Source: an uncultured Candidatus Saccharibacteria bacterium (GTDB lineage: Bacteria; Patescibacteriota; Minisyncoccia; Phycocordibacterales; UBA9973). Taken from it: DNA of 62,089 nucleotides. Position numbers and translations under genes: made by a program. Below the pieces are notes generated by a model, which saw nothing but the letters and a program-made list of their open reading frames with translations, ran no database searches and was not told the DNA's origin. The stretch spans positions 1 to 62,089 of the forward strand of contig CAZUQJ010000003.1 in the NCBI GenBank assembly GCA_964622505.1, in the 5' to 3' direction. Positions 45,714-55,144 of this stretch are shown here, piece by piece. The stretch's first letter is position 1; every line of letters starts with the position of its first letter.

Positions 45714-48266
45714 ATGAATAAAGCTAAAACAAAAACAAAATCTGTTCGACTTCCCTCTCATATTACACCAGTACGATACAACCTGACTCTCAAGCCGGAT
45801 TTAGAAAGTTTTACTTTCTGGGGAAAGGAAGTTATTGATATTGTGATTGATAAAGAAGTAAAAGAAATAACTCTTCACTCCAAAGATATCGATATTGAAA
45901 CTGCACAAATTGGCGAGCAATTTACTACAAAAATTTCATACGATACTAAAGCTGAAACTGCAACTTTTACTTTCAAGAATAAAATCAAAGGCAAAATAAA
46001 ATTGACTATTGTATTTGCTGGAATTATTAGCGAAACTTTACGTGGATTTTACCGTAGCAAATACGAGATCGATGGTGTGACCAAACACTTGGCAACCACC
46101 CAATTCGAAGCAACCGATGCACGCCGCGCATTCCCCTGTTTTGACGAACCAGCACAAAAGGCAGTCTTTGATGTGTCACTTATCATTGCAAATGAACACA
46201 CCGCGATCTCCAATACTTTGCCAACCAGCATCAAAGAGCATGAAGCTGGATACAAGGTCGTTTCTTTCGCACCAACACCAAAAATGTCGACATATCTATT
46301 GGCATTTATCATCGGAGATTTTGAATACGTAGAAGGATTCACAAAAGGTAAAACCCAGGTTAGGGTCTTCACCACTCCCGGCAAAAAGCATCAAGCCAAA
46401 TTTGCGCTCGATGTCGCTATACGCTCGCTTGAATTTTATAATGAATATTTCGGCATCGCCTATCCACTACCAACCCTCGACATGATCGCTATCCCCGACT
46501 TTGAGTCTGGTGCGATGGAGAATTGGGGCGCAATCACATATCGCGAAACCGCGATCCTTGTCGACGAAGAACACAGTTCTCTTTCAAACAAGCAGTGGGT
46601 GGCCCTTGTGATCTCACACGAGCTTGCACACCAATGGTTCGGCAACTTGGTCACCATGCACTGGTGGACAGACTTGTGGCTCAACGAAGGCTTTGCATCA
46701 TATATAGAATATTTAGCAGTCGATAAACTGTTCCCCGATTGGAAGATCTGGGACCAATTCCTCACCAGCGACACAGCTGTGGCACTGCGCCTCGATGCCT
46801 TGGCCAATTCACACCCGATCGAAGTCAAAGTCAATCACCCAAGCGAGATCAACGAGATCTTTGACGCAGTCTCGTATTCCAAAGGCGCATCGGTTATCCG
46901 AATGCTTGCCGAATATCTGGGTGAAGAAAAATTCCGCGACGGACTACGGCATTATCTAAAGAAGCATAGCTACAAGAATACTCAGACGACTGATCTCTGG
47001 AAATCATTTGAACAAGTAAGCAAGAAAGATGTGGTAAAAATAATGGCTCAATGGACAAGTAAAACCGGCTACCCATTACTGACTCTTTCAAAAAATAAAC
47101 ACATCTGCAGTCTCTCTCAAGAGCGATTCTTCTCTAGTCGTATTTCAGCAAAGACAAATAAAGAAAAAACTGTCTGGCAAGTGCCCGTAAGTTATGATAC
47201 AAACGATGAGGCATTGAAAATTTTGCTTACAAAAAACAAATCACCCCTTATTGGAACAGAAATCGGTAAAGTAAACAAAGGTGAGGGTACGCTTGCGCGA
47301 GTTCGCTACGACAAAGACACATTAGCTTTCTTAAAGGACGAAATTATTTCTGGAAAACTTTCAGTCCATGACCGTCTTGGAATTATTCGCGACTTGTTTG
47401 CCCTCGCTGAGGGTGGATATATTCCTACAACTGAAGCGATGGAGTTCGCGCTCGTATACAGAGGCGAAACAGAATATATTGTATGGGCAGAAATATCAGC
47501 TGGTATTAGCAGAACATACAACATCATTTCCGATCAAGTTTTTAAAGAACAATACAAGAAGTACGCTCTGTCATTATTCTCTCCTCTTGCAGAGCGTATG
47601 GGCTGGGAAAAACAAAAAGGCGAGCATCATTCACATACATTTCTACGCAATCTTGCGCTCGGAAATGCAGGAAGCTATGGAGATAAAAATATTATCAAGC
47701 ATGCACAAAAATTGTTTGTAGGAAGAATCAAAAATCCGCTACCTGCAGATATCCGTGGAGTGGTCTATGGAATTGTTGCAAGCAATGGTGGTGACAAAGA
47801 ATACGCTTTGTTCCAAAAATTATACAATGCTGAGAAGATGCATGAAGAGAAGAATCGATACGCAATGGCCCTCGCAAGCTTTAGAAATAAAAAATTACTT
47901 GCCAAGACATTAGCATTTGCAATGTCCAAAAATGTTCGTGGACAAGATGGCCCATCGCTCATAGGCGCTGTATGGGGCAATAGCTATGGACGTGATATTA
48001 CTTGGGTATTCATCAAGCGCAATTGGAAGGAACTCGTCAAACGCTATGGCGAAGGCGGGCATTTCCTCGGCCGACTACTAGCTCCTATGGGAGTCCATAC
48101 AAAGACAAAGAGCGGGGATGATATCAAGAAATTCTTTAAGAAAAATGTGGCTCCCGGAGCCGAGCGTACTATCGAGCAAGGTCTTGAACGCATCTATAGC
48201 AATGCGAGCTGGCTCGCAGCTGACAAAGCTAAAATTAAAACTTGGTTAAAAAAATACTATGGCTAA
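45714..48266 (+). CDS. pepN: M1-family aminopeptidase N
   Basis: GAMENWG and HELAHQWFGNLVT...WLNEG. Confidence 0.95.
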   Translation: MNKAKTKTKSVRLPSHITPVRYNLTLKPDLESFTFWGKEVIDIVIDKEVKEITLHSKDIDIETAQIGEQFTTKISYDTKAETATFTFKNKIKGKIKLTIVFAGIISETLRGFYRSKYEIDGVTKHLATTQFEATDARRAFPCFDEPAQKAVFDVSLIIANEHTAISNTLPTSIKEHEAGYKVVSFAPTPKMSTYLLAFIIGDFEYVEGFTKGKTQVRVFTTPGKKHQAKFALDVAIRSLEFYNEYFGIAYPLPTLDMIAIPDFESGAMENWGAITYRETAILVDEEHSSLSNKQWVALVISHELAHQWFGNLVTMHWWTDLWLNEGFASYIEYLAVDKLFPDWKIWDQFLTSDTAVALRLDALANSHPIEVKVNHPSEINEIFDAVSYSKGASVIRMLAEYLGEEKFRDGLRHYLKKHSYKNTQTTDLWKSFEQVSKKDVVKIMAQWTSKTGYPLLTLSKNKHICSLSQERFFSSRISAKTNKEKTVWQVPVSYDTNDEALKILLTKNKSPLIGTEIGKVNKGEGTLARVRYDKDTLAFLKDEIISGKLSVHDRLGIIRDLFALAEGGYIPTTEAMEFALVYRGETEYIVWAEISAGISRTYNIISDQVFKEQYKKYALSLFSPLAERMGWEKQKGEHHSHTFLRNLALGNAGSYGDKNIIKHAQKLFVGRIKNPLPADIRGVVYGIVASNGGDKEYALFQKLYNAEKMHEEKNRYAMALASFRNKKLLAKTLAFAMSKNVRGQDGPSLIGAVWGNSYGRDITWVFIKRNWKELVKRYGEGGHFLGRLLAPMGVHTKTKSGDDIKKFFKKNVAPGAERTIEQGLERIYSNASWLAADKAKIKTWLKKYYG

Positions 48267-48966
48267 AAAAATCCACCGATTTATATATAATTATACTGTT
48301 GCAAATGGCACAATTTCTGTAAATGAAATCGAGCTCATTCATCAATGGAAAAATGTACTTAAATTTAAAATTGGCGAGCAACTAATCCTTGCCAATCCAA
48401 GTGGTATGGAAGCCCTGTGTGAAATCGAAAGTTTAGACAAAAAACAAGCAACACTAAAACTGATAAGTGAATCAGAAAATACAAAAGTAGTAAAAAGAAT
48501 GGTTACACTTTACGCATCAATACTCAAAAGAGAGAATTTTGAATTTATAGCTCAAAAGGCCACAGAGCTTGGCGTTAAAACTATTGTACCGATAAAAACA
48601 GAAAGGACAATAAAACAAAATATAAACATGGAGCGCTTAAATAAAATTGTAACTGAAGCGAGTGAACTCTGTGGGCGCAATACTGTGCCCGAAATTAAAG
48701 AAACCATGAACTTTAAAGATGCCATTGTGGAAAGTATTCAGCAAAATTACTCTGTATTGTTTGATGCAACAGGCGAGAATCTTGCACAAAGTATGCATAA
48801 TTGGGAGAAAAAAATGGCTATATTCATAGGCCCCGAAGGTGGATTCACCGAAAAAGAATTGGAGATAGCTCGCGAAAATAATATAAAAATAATCTCCATC
48901 TCGCCCCTGATGCTCCGTGGGGAAACCGCAGCCATAGTAGCCACCTATCTCGCAGTAAATCTATAA
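48259..48966 (+). CDS. rsmE: 16S rRNA (uracil1498-N3)-methyltransferase
   Basis: IGPEGGFTEKE and LRGETA motifs. Confidence 0.88.
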   Translation: MAKKIHRFIYNYTVANGTISVNEIELIHQWKNVLKFKIGEQLILANPSGMEALCEIESLDKKQATLKLISESENTKVVKRMVTLYASILKRENFEFIAQKATELGVKTIVPIKTERTIKQNINMERLNKIVTEASELCGRNTVPEIKETMNFKDAIVESIQQNYSVLFDATGENLAQSMHNWEKKMAIFIGPEGGFTEKELEIARENNIKIISISPLMLRGETAAIVATYLAVNL

Positions 48967-49629
48967 AATACCTTTTAGGAAAGTTTTGCGATGCTGTGGT
49001 GTTGCCCCGTGTTTTTTGATTGCTTCATAGTGAGCTTTTGTGCCATAGCCTGAATGATTCTCAAAGCCATACTCGGGATATTCTTTTCCGTGAGTGGCCA
49101 TTATTTTATCTCGCGAAACTTTGGCCACAATTGAAGCACAGGAAATTACTGGGTGAAGTTCGTCCCCTTTTATAATAGTTTGCTGGTTGGTATATTCCAC
49201 TGGCGCTTTCAGTCCCCCGTCGAGAAAAACAGAGACCTCTTCTGGAGAAATTGGATTTTGGAAATTTTCTGCGTGTCGGAGCCCCCGTAGAGAGGGTAAA
49301 GCGCGGAAATTTACATAAGCCAATTTCTCCAGACTCGTATTTAATGCTTTCTGAATAGCTTTTACAATTCCAAATTTATCAATCATCTCGGCGCTCACAT
49401 ACGACACAACAAAGTCACAATTGCCTTTCTTTTTCTCTTCTTTTAAATATTCAAACCATTTTTCCCGCTGTATTTTAGTCAGCTTTTTTGAATCACGCAT
49501 TGGTAATTCAATTTCCTTAATAGGGAAAAAAGTAGGTGCACAAAGAAAAGCACAAACAGCCACCGGCCCTGCAATAGGCCCCCTCCCCACTTCGTCTATA
49601 CCTATAATATAATTACTGTTTTTGTCCAT
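48961..49629 (-). CDS. rnhB: ribonuclease HII
   Basis: GIDEVGRGPIAGPV and DSKKL. Confidence 0.93.
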   Translation of the reverse strand: MDKNSNYIIGIDEVGRGPIAGPVAVCAFLCAPTFFPIKEIELPMRDSKKLTKIQREKWFEYLKEEKKKGNCDFVVSYVSAEMIDKFGIVKAIQKALNTSLEKLAYVNFRALPSLRGLRHAENFQNPISPEEVSVFLDGGLKAPVEYTNQQTIIKGDELHPVISCASIVAKVSRDKIMATHGKEYPEYGFENHSGYGTKAHYEAIKKHGATPQHRKTFLKGIL

Positions 49630-49650
49630 CTATTACAATAGTATAGCATT

Positions 49651-49659
49651 TGCTATAAT
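49651..49659 (+). promoter_or_regulatory. extended -10 promoter of dnaE
   Basis: TGCTATAAT, 9 nt, ATG. Confidence 0.55.
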
Positions 49660-49668
49660 ACTCAAATC

Positions 49669-52600
49669 ATGGACTCAAAATTCATCCATTTACATACCCA
49701 CAGTCACTATTCCCTGCTCGATGGGCTATCAAAAGTGGAGGATATGGTACGCATTGCAAAGGAACACAACATGAGTGCTATGGCTATCACAGACCACGGC
49801 AATATGTATGGAGCTATCGAATTCTATAAAAAATGTAACTATGCGGGCATCAAGCCGATCATTGGCTGTGAAGTCTATGTGGCTGAGCGCGGACGCACAG
49901 ATAAAGAGCCCGGTATCGACAACAAACGTTATCACTTGATCCTCTTGGCAAAAAATATTACTGGGTACAAGAACTTGATGAAGATCGTCACCAAGGCAAA
50001 CTTGGAAGGTTACTACTACAAGCCGAGAGTTGATAGCGAACTTTTGCGAGAACACAGCAAAGGTATTATTGCCCTATCTGGCTGTATGGGTGGCAAACTT
50101 TCCAAAGCTATTTTGGCCGGCAATATGGAGCGAGCTGAGGCGCTCGTGCTCGAGCATCAAGAAATATTTGGTAAAGAAAATTATTTTATCGAGATCCAAT
50201 CACATCCGCATATTGATCGAGACAAAGAGCTCCGCGATAAATTGGTAACACTTGCCGGCAAATTCAACATTCCCCTTGTTGCAACCCAAGACTCGCACTA
50301 TCCGTGCAAAGACGACCACAAAGCCCACCACACACTCCTACAAGTAAATACCGGTACCGATGGTAAAGACAGTAGTAAGTTTGAATTCTCCGACGACGAC
50401 TTCTCATTGATTGATGAAAAGACAGCTCTGGAATATTTCGAAGGTTATGAGGAAGCAGTGACCAATACAAAAATGATAGCCGATATGTGTGAATCTTACG
50501 ACTTGGAATTAGGCAAGGCATACTTTCCAAATTACGTCCTAGAAAATGGAGTTACAGCAGAGCAAGAGCTTCGTAGGTTAGTAGAAGAAGGATTGATAAA
50601 AAGAAGCACAGAAAGAAGTGAGGAAGTAAATACTCGTATAGAATACGAGCTTGGGATTATTGTAAGCAAAGGTTACCCTTCGTATTTTCTAGTAGTGGCA
50701 GATTTGCTCAAATTCTCTAAAGAGCAAGGCATCCTGACCAACACTAGAGGTTCGGCTGCGGGATCACTCGTATCGTATCTCATCGGTATTACCAATATCA
50801 ACCCTATCGAATACAAGCTCCCTTTCGAGCGATTCCTCAACCCAGAGCGCCCCTCACTGCCCGATATCGATATGGACTTTGCCGACAACAGGCGCGATGA
50901 AGTGATCGAATACGCCAAACAAAAATACGGCGAGGACAAAGTCGCGCAGATCGGGACATTTGGTACGATGATGGCCAAAGGCTCCGTACGCGATGTGGCA
51001 CGAGCACTCGGCTACCCGTACAATGTTGGCGACCGAATATCAACTATGATCCCTATGGGCTCACAAGGATTTGCTATGACGATCAATCACGCGCTCGAGA
51101 TCGTACCCGAGCTGGCAGAGGCGTATGAAAAAGAAAAAGAAACAAAAGAGATCATAGACTTGGCAAAAAAGATGGAAGGCTGTGTCCGTCACGTCTCAGT
51201 CCACGCGGCAGGGATTGTAATTGCTCCGACAGAATTATACAATTACACGCCAATACAATACGATCCTAAAGGCGGACACATAATTACGCAGTACGATATG
51301 TACAACATCGAAGACGTTGGTCTACCAAAATTTGACTTCCTTGGTATTCGTAACTTATCGATCCTTTCCGAAGCTATCCGACTTGTAAAATTACTACACA
51401 ATTTAGATATAGACATCGAAAAAATTCCAATCAATGACAAGTTGACATACGAGATGCTCGCTCGTGGCGAAACGATCGGCTTATTCCAACTCAATGGCTC
51501 TGGGATGACTAAATATCTCAAGGATCTACGACCGACCGATATCAACGATATCAACGCTATGGTAGCGCTATATCGCCCAGGACCAATGGCATTTATCCCA
51601 GACTATATCAAGCGCAAGCACAATCCAACTCTCGTAAAATATCTTGATCCAAGATTGAAGGAATTCCTGGAAACTACATACGGTATTTTGATTTACCAAG
51701 ACGATGTGCTTTTGATAGCGGTAAACTTGGCAGGTTACACTTGGGGAGAAGCCGATACATTCCGCAAAGCCATCGGTAAAAAGATTCCCGAGGAAATGGA
51801 TGCGCAAGAGGAGAAATTTACCAAAGGATTGATTGCAAACAAGATGACTCCTGCAAAAGCAAAGGCAATGTGGGCCATGATCGAAACCTTTGCCGCCTAT
51901 GGATTCAACAAAGCCCATGCGGCAAGCTACGGCATGGTCGCCTACCAAACAGCGTACATGAAGGCCAACTTCCCCGTTGAATACATGTGTGCCATCCTAA
52001 CTGCAGAATCTGGAGATGTAGAAAAAATCAATGAAATCGTGGCTGAGTGTAAAAAGATGGATATCATCGTGCTACCGCCAGATGTAAACGAAAGCTTTGG
52101 AGGATTTACTGTAATCAATGGAAGTGCAAGTGGCGATAATAAAACAATACGATTCGGCCTCTATACAATCAAAAACTTGGGGACCGATATAGCAGACGCA
52201 ATAATCGAGGAACGTAAAAATAAAGGCCCCTTCAAAACACTTGCTGATTTCTTTGAACGTATCAATCACAAAAATTTAAACAAAAAGTCTGTTGAGGCTT
52301 TGGCCAAAACTGGTGCAATGGACAACTTTAGTGAAAGAGCAAATATTATCGGAAACCTAGAGAGACTCTTGGCATTCAACAAAGATGCTCGAGGGACAAA
52401 CACACAGGACTCGCTATTTGGCTCCATTGGAGGCCTCGTATCAACTCTAACTCTTGTACCACTTGATCCTGCAACCCAAACTGAAAAATTGGCATGGGAA
52501 AGAGAGCTATTGGGCCTCTATGTCTCCGGTCACCCACTAGATGCATTTAAAGAGAAGATTGAAAAATTTGGCACAGTAATAAAAAAGATTCGAGACGAAA

Positions 52601-52854
52601 GTGAGAATGGTATGCCAGTAACGGTAGCCTGCATTATAGACAGCGTCCGCCCGATCATGACCAAGAAGAATGATCGCATGGCATTTATTAAAATATCAGA
52701 CTTTACCGGCACGATCGAAGCTGTTGTATTTTCTAAACTTTTTGAAACACAAAAGGATCTTCTTGTACCCGATACAATCATAGCCATCTCGGGTAAAGTC
52801 ACACTCCGAAACGGGGAAAAAAGTTTGGTTATAGAAAATTTAAAAAAGATATAA
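49669..52854 (+). CDS. dnaE: DNA polymerase III alpha subunit
   Basis: PHP domain FIHLHTHSHYSLLDG, polymerase core, OB fold; 1061 aa. Confidence 0.96.
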   Translation: MDSKFIHLHTHSHYSLLDGLSKVEDMVRIAKEHNMSAMAITDHGNMYGAIEFYKKCNYAGIKPIIGCEVYVAERGRTDKEPGIDNKRYHLILLAKNITGYKNLMKIVTKANLEGYYYKPRVDSELLREHSKGIIALSGCMGGKLSKAILAGNMERAEALVLEHQEIFGKENYFIEIQSHPHIDRDKELRDKLVTLAGKFNIPLVATQDSHYPCKDDHKAHHTLLQVNTGTDGKDSSKFEFSDDDFSLIDEKTALEYFEGYEEAVTNTKMIADMCESYDLELGKAYFPNYVLENGVTAEQELRRLVEEGLIKRSTERSEEVNTRIEYELGIIVSKGYPSYFLVVADLLKFSKEQGILTNTRGSAAGSLVSYLIGITNINPIEYKLPFERFLNPERPSLPDIDMDFADNRRDEVIEYAKQKYGEDKVAQIGTFGTMMAKGSVRDVARALGYPYNVGDRISTMIPMGSQGFAMTINHALEIVPELAEAYEKEKETKEIIDLAKKMEGCVRHVSVHAAGIVIAPTELYNYTPIQYDPKGGHIITQYDMYNIEDVGLPKFDFLGIRNLSILSEAIRLVKLLHNLDIDIEKIPINDKLTYEMLARGETIGLFQLNGSGMTKYLKDLRPTDINDINAMVALYRPGPMAFIPDYIKRKHNPTLVKYLDPRLKEFLETTYGILIYQDDVLLIAVNLAGYTWGEADTFRKAIGKKIPEEMDAQEEKFTKGLIANKMTPAKAKAMWAMIETFAAYGFNKAHAASYGMVAYQTAYMKANFPVEYMCAILTAESGDVEKINEIVAECKKMDIIVLPPDVNESFGGFTVINGSASGDNKTIRFGLYTIKNLGTDIADAIIEERKNKGPFKTLADFFERINHKNLNKKSVEALAKTGAMDNFSERANIIGNLERLLAFNKDARGTNTQDSLFGSIGGLVSTLTLVPLDPATQTEKLAWERELLGLYVSGHPLDAFKEKIEKFGTVIKKIRDESENGMPVTVACIIDSVRPIMTKKNDRMAFIKISDFTGTIEAVVFSKLFETQKDLLVPDTIIAISGKVTLRNGEKSLVIENLKKI

Positions 52855-52856
52855 AA

Positions 52857-52884
52857 CAAAAACCACCTGTATAGGTGGTTTTTG
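52857..52884. terminator. bidirectional intrinsic terminator
   Basis: AAAAACCACCTGTATAGGTGGTTTTTG. Confidence 0.8.
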
Positions 52885-52891
52885 TTTTATA

Positions 52892-53485
52892 TTAAGCTAT
52901 TTCTTGGCTATCATCGATCATTTTCATAATTCTAACTACTTGCTTGGAATACCCAGGGACAATAGAGTCAGGATTGTACTTTTTTAGAATTTGATCACTA
53001 GTCATCTTGTCGTGATAATGTTTAAGCTTCGGGTCATTGCCTCCCAATTTCTTAGAGACAACTTCGATTGATTCATCGATAGACTTAAAGCTAATCTTAC
53101 AAGAACCATATCCAAATGCATTATTAACAATACCTGCTCTTTTACACATAAATCGAGGGTCAGCGAATCCTGTTTCGCGTCCAGAGATTGCTACAAGAAG
53201 ACGGTAATCGATTCCATTCTTGTAAGCTTCGTCTACGAACTTCTGTCCATAGCCAGCCAATGGAGAATTTCTCTTTTCAAGGAAATCATCAATCTCACGA
53301 GCTTGTTCTTTACGTATCGCCTCTTCTTGCGGGGTTATTGCAGGTAGAGTAGAAACGGTAACTATTTTATCAGATTCTGGAGCCATGGGAGCTGTGATAG
53401 CTACCCCTGAGAGTGGCATCGTTACCGCAAAGAGCGGGATGGCCACAAATGACTGCAAGAACTGTGTTATTTGTGTTTTTTTCAT
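52892..53485 (-). CDS. secreted protein, possibly a glucosaminidase or muramidase-like cell-wall hydrolase
   Basis: ATG at 53485 gives a signal peptide; GIDYRLLVAISGRETGF...NNAFGYG resembles the glucosaminidase-domain pattern; weak. Confidence 0.45.
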   Translation of the reverse strand: MKKTQITQFLQSFVAIPLFAVTMPLSGVAITAPMAPESDKIVTVSTLPAITPQEEAIRKEQAREIDDFLEKRNSPLAGYGQKFVDEAYKNGIDYRLLVAISGRETGFADPRFMCKRAGIVNNAFGYGSCKISFKSIDESIEVVSKKLGGNDPKLKHYHDKMTSDQILKKYNPDSIVPGYSKQVVRIMKMIDDSQEIA

Positions 53486-53662
53486 AACGTGCGATTGTGC
53501 TTCGCAAACCCTTAGAGGTATTTCCAAACCTTACGATTTGGGTAAACTAAAAAGCCCTCATATATAATCAATAGATAACATATTCGGACTTACTCTTATA
53601 TAGTAGCATAAAGGATATAAAAAGTCAATAGTTATACTACACATTTTAGTGGTGTCAAACAG

Positions 53663-53691
53663 AAAAAACCCTTATTTTATAAGGGTTTTTT
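53663..53691 (-). terminator. intrinsic terminator downstream of RAYT-3
   Basis: AAAAAACCCTTATTTTATAAGGGTTTTTT. Confidence 0.7.
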
Positions 53692-53813
53692 GTCTATTGA
53701 CCTTTGACATCTATATAAAATAATGGTTAAATCATGCCTATTTTATAAGGGTTAAACCCAAATTTTGACAAAAATAGGACTCTGTTCTATAAAAACACTT
53801 ATTTTTCAAGGAA

Positions 53814-54494
53814 TTACTCTAGTTTCAATTTAAACCAAGTAAGGATATCTTTTTTAAATGCTTGCTCGTCTTTAAAATAGTCTATAAAATTCTCTCTATC
53901 TAAAATGGCACTTTCAGGCCTTTTTCGACCTAAAAAGTCATTATAACTACTCCATCTGTAGGTATCTAAAAACACAAAAGCTTTTCTATTAGCACTAATA
54001 CCCTTCTCTTTCCAATCTGACTGGAATAATTTTACTGGATTTAGATGAATGTAGCTAAACAAGTACTGAGCCTGTGGCTCGCTTGAAATATGAACAGATT
54101 TAAACCTGCCTTCAAACAAACTCCCCGTTCTAGAATACTTTTTATTGAAATACATAGTATAAGCTGTACACAACTTTCTCATAAAAATAGAAATCCCATT
54201 ACTGCCCAAGGACCGTCCTTGGGCAAGAGTTATATACAGATGGAAATGATTTGGCATTAAAACCCAAGCACCTACACATACAAGCTGGTCTCCTCGTTTG
54301 AAATCCCATGCGTCTATTCTTTGCTTAACGATATCTTCTTTAAAATTTACCCTTGTAGTAGAGTTACACAAATAAAGTAATTTTATAAATCTATCATAAT
54401 CTTCGTTATCTAAGAAAATTTCCTGCTTACTATTACCACGGTTAAAAATATGAAAAAATTCTCCTTCTACAAAATTTACTTTACGTAGTGCCAT
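53814..54494 (-). CDS. REP-associated tyrosine transposase (RAYT), copy 3
   Basis: MPNHFHLYI (HUH) and YIHLNPVK; carries a REP3 copy in frame (LAQGRSLG). Confidence 0.85.
   Translation of the reverse strand: MALRKVNFVEGEFFHIFNRGNSKQEIFLDNEDYDRFIKLLYLCNSTTRVNFKEDIVKQRIDAWDFKRGDQLVCVGAWVLMPNHFHLYITLAQGRSLGSNGISIFMRKLCTAYTMYFNKKYSRTGSLFEGRFKSVHISSEPQAQYLFSYIHLNPVKLFQSDWKEKGISANRKAFVFLDTYRWSSYNDFLGRKRPESAILDRENFIDYFKDEQAFKKDILTWFKLKLE
54205..54223. repeat. REP3 palindrome inside the RAYT-3 coding sequence
   Basis: CCCAAGGACCGTCCTTGGG. Confidence 0.85.
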
Positions 54495-54524
54495 TTATAA
54501 AGTATATAACAAAAATTATATTCA

Positions 54525-54543
54525 CCCAAGGACCGTCCTTGGG
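54525..54543. repeat. REP3 palindrome between RAYT-3 and maf
   Basis: CCCAAGGACCGTCCTTGGG. Confidence 0.85.
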
Positions 54544-54545
54544 CA

Positions 54546-55115
54546 TTATGCTACCTGTTCTATTAAATTTTTTGTTATTTCTTTTGGTAAGCCAATAACA
54601 CTGTCTCTTGTTCCTTGTATTTCTTTGATGTGACTTACCCATTTATCACCCTGGATAGTAAAGCCACCAGCATAGTTAAAAAGCGAGCCGTCTTTTATAA
54701 AAGCATCTATGTCTTCTTCTGTAAAAGAATTGTTAAAATAAATTTTAGCTACATCAACTTTTTCTCTGGTTTTACCTGTTTGTAAGTTTGTAACAATGAC
54801 AGAAGTTACTGTTTCAGCAGGATACGTATTATACCCTCTTAAAAATTCTCGTGCTTCTTTTTCATTTTCTGGTTTTTCTCTTATTTGTCCATTCCAAACA
54901 ACAACCTGATCGGATGTAATTAAAATCGCCGGTTCAGAAATTCTTTCTTTTAATGCTTCAGCTTTAGCTCTCGCAATAACCAATACTAAATCTTTTGGAT
55001 TGTCTAAACGAATAGCCTTTTCATCTATATTTGCAGGAACAATATTAAACTCAATACCCATTTCTTCGAGCATGAGCTTTCTGCCTTTAGATTGTGAACC
55101 TAATATTATTTTCAT
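54546..55115 (-). CDS. maf: Maf-like nucleoside triphosphate pyrophosphatase
   Basis: MKIILGSQSKGRKLML...YAGGFTIQG; the ATG at 55115 avoids overlap with secA and with REP3. Confidence 0.88.
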   Translation of the reverse strand: MKIILGSQSKGRKLMLEEMGIEFNIVPANIDEKAIRLDNPKDLVLVIARAKAEALKERISEPAILITSDQVVVWNGQIREKPENEKEAREFLRGYNTYPAETVTSVIVTNLQTGKTREKVDVAKIYFNNSFTEEDIDAFIKDGSLFNYAGGFTIQGDKWVSHIKEIQGTRDSVIGLPKEITKNLIEQVA

Positions 55116-55122
55116 TTTATTG

Positions 55123-55141
55123 CCCAAGGACCGTCCTTGGG
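55123..55141. repeat. REP3 palindrome between secA and maf
   Basis: CCCAAGGACCGTCCTTGGG. Confidence 0.85.
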
Positions 55142-55144
55142 TGA

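Noticed and set aside
53739-53755. Second copy of the CCTATTTTATAAGGG palindrome near the RAYT-3 terminator, considered as another REP family
   Set aside because: There are only two imperfect AT-rich copies 70 nt apart. One is a plausible terminator, and neither resembles the REP3 sequence associated with this RAYT.
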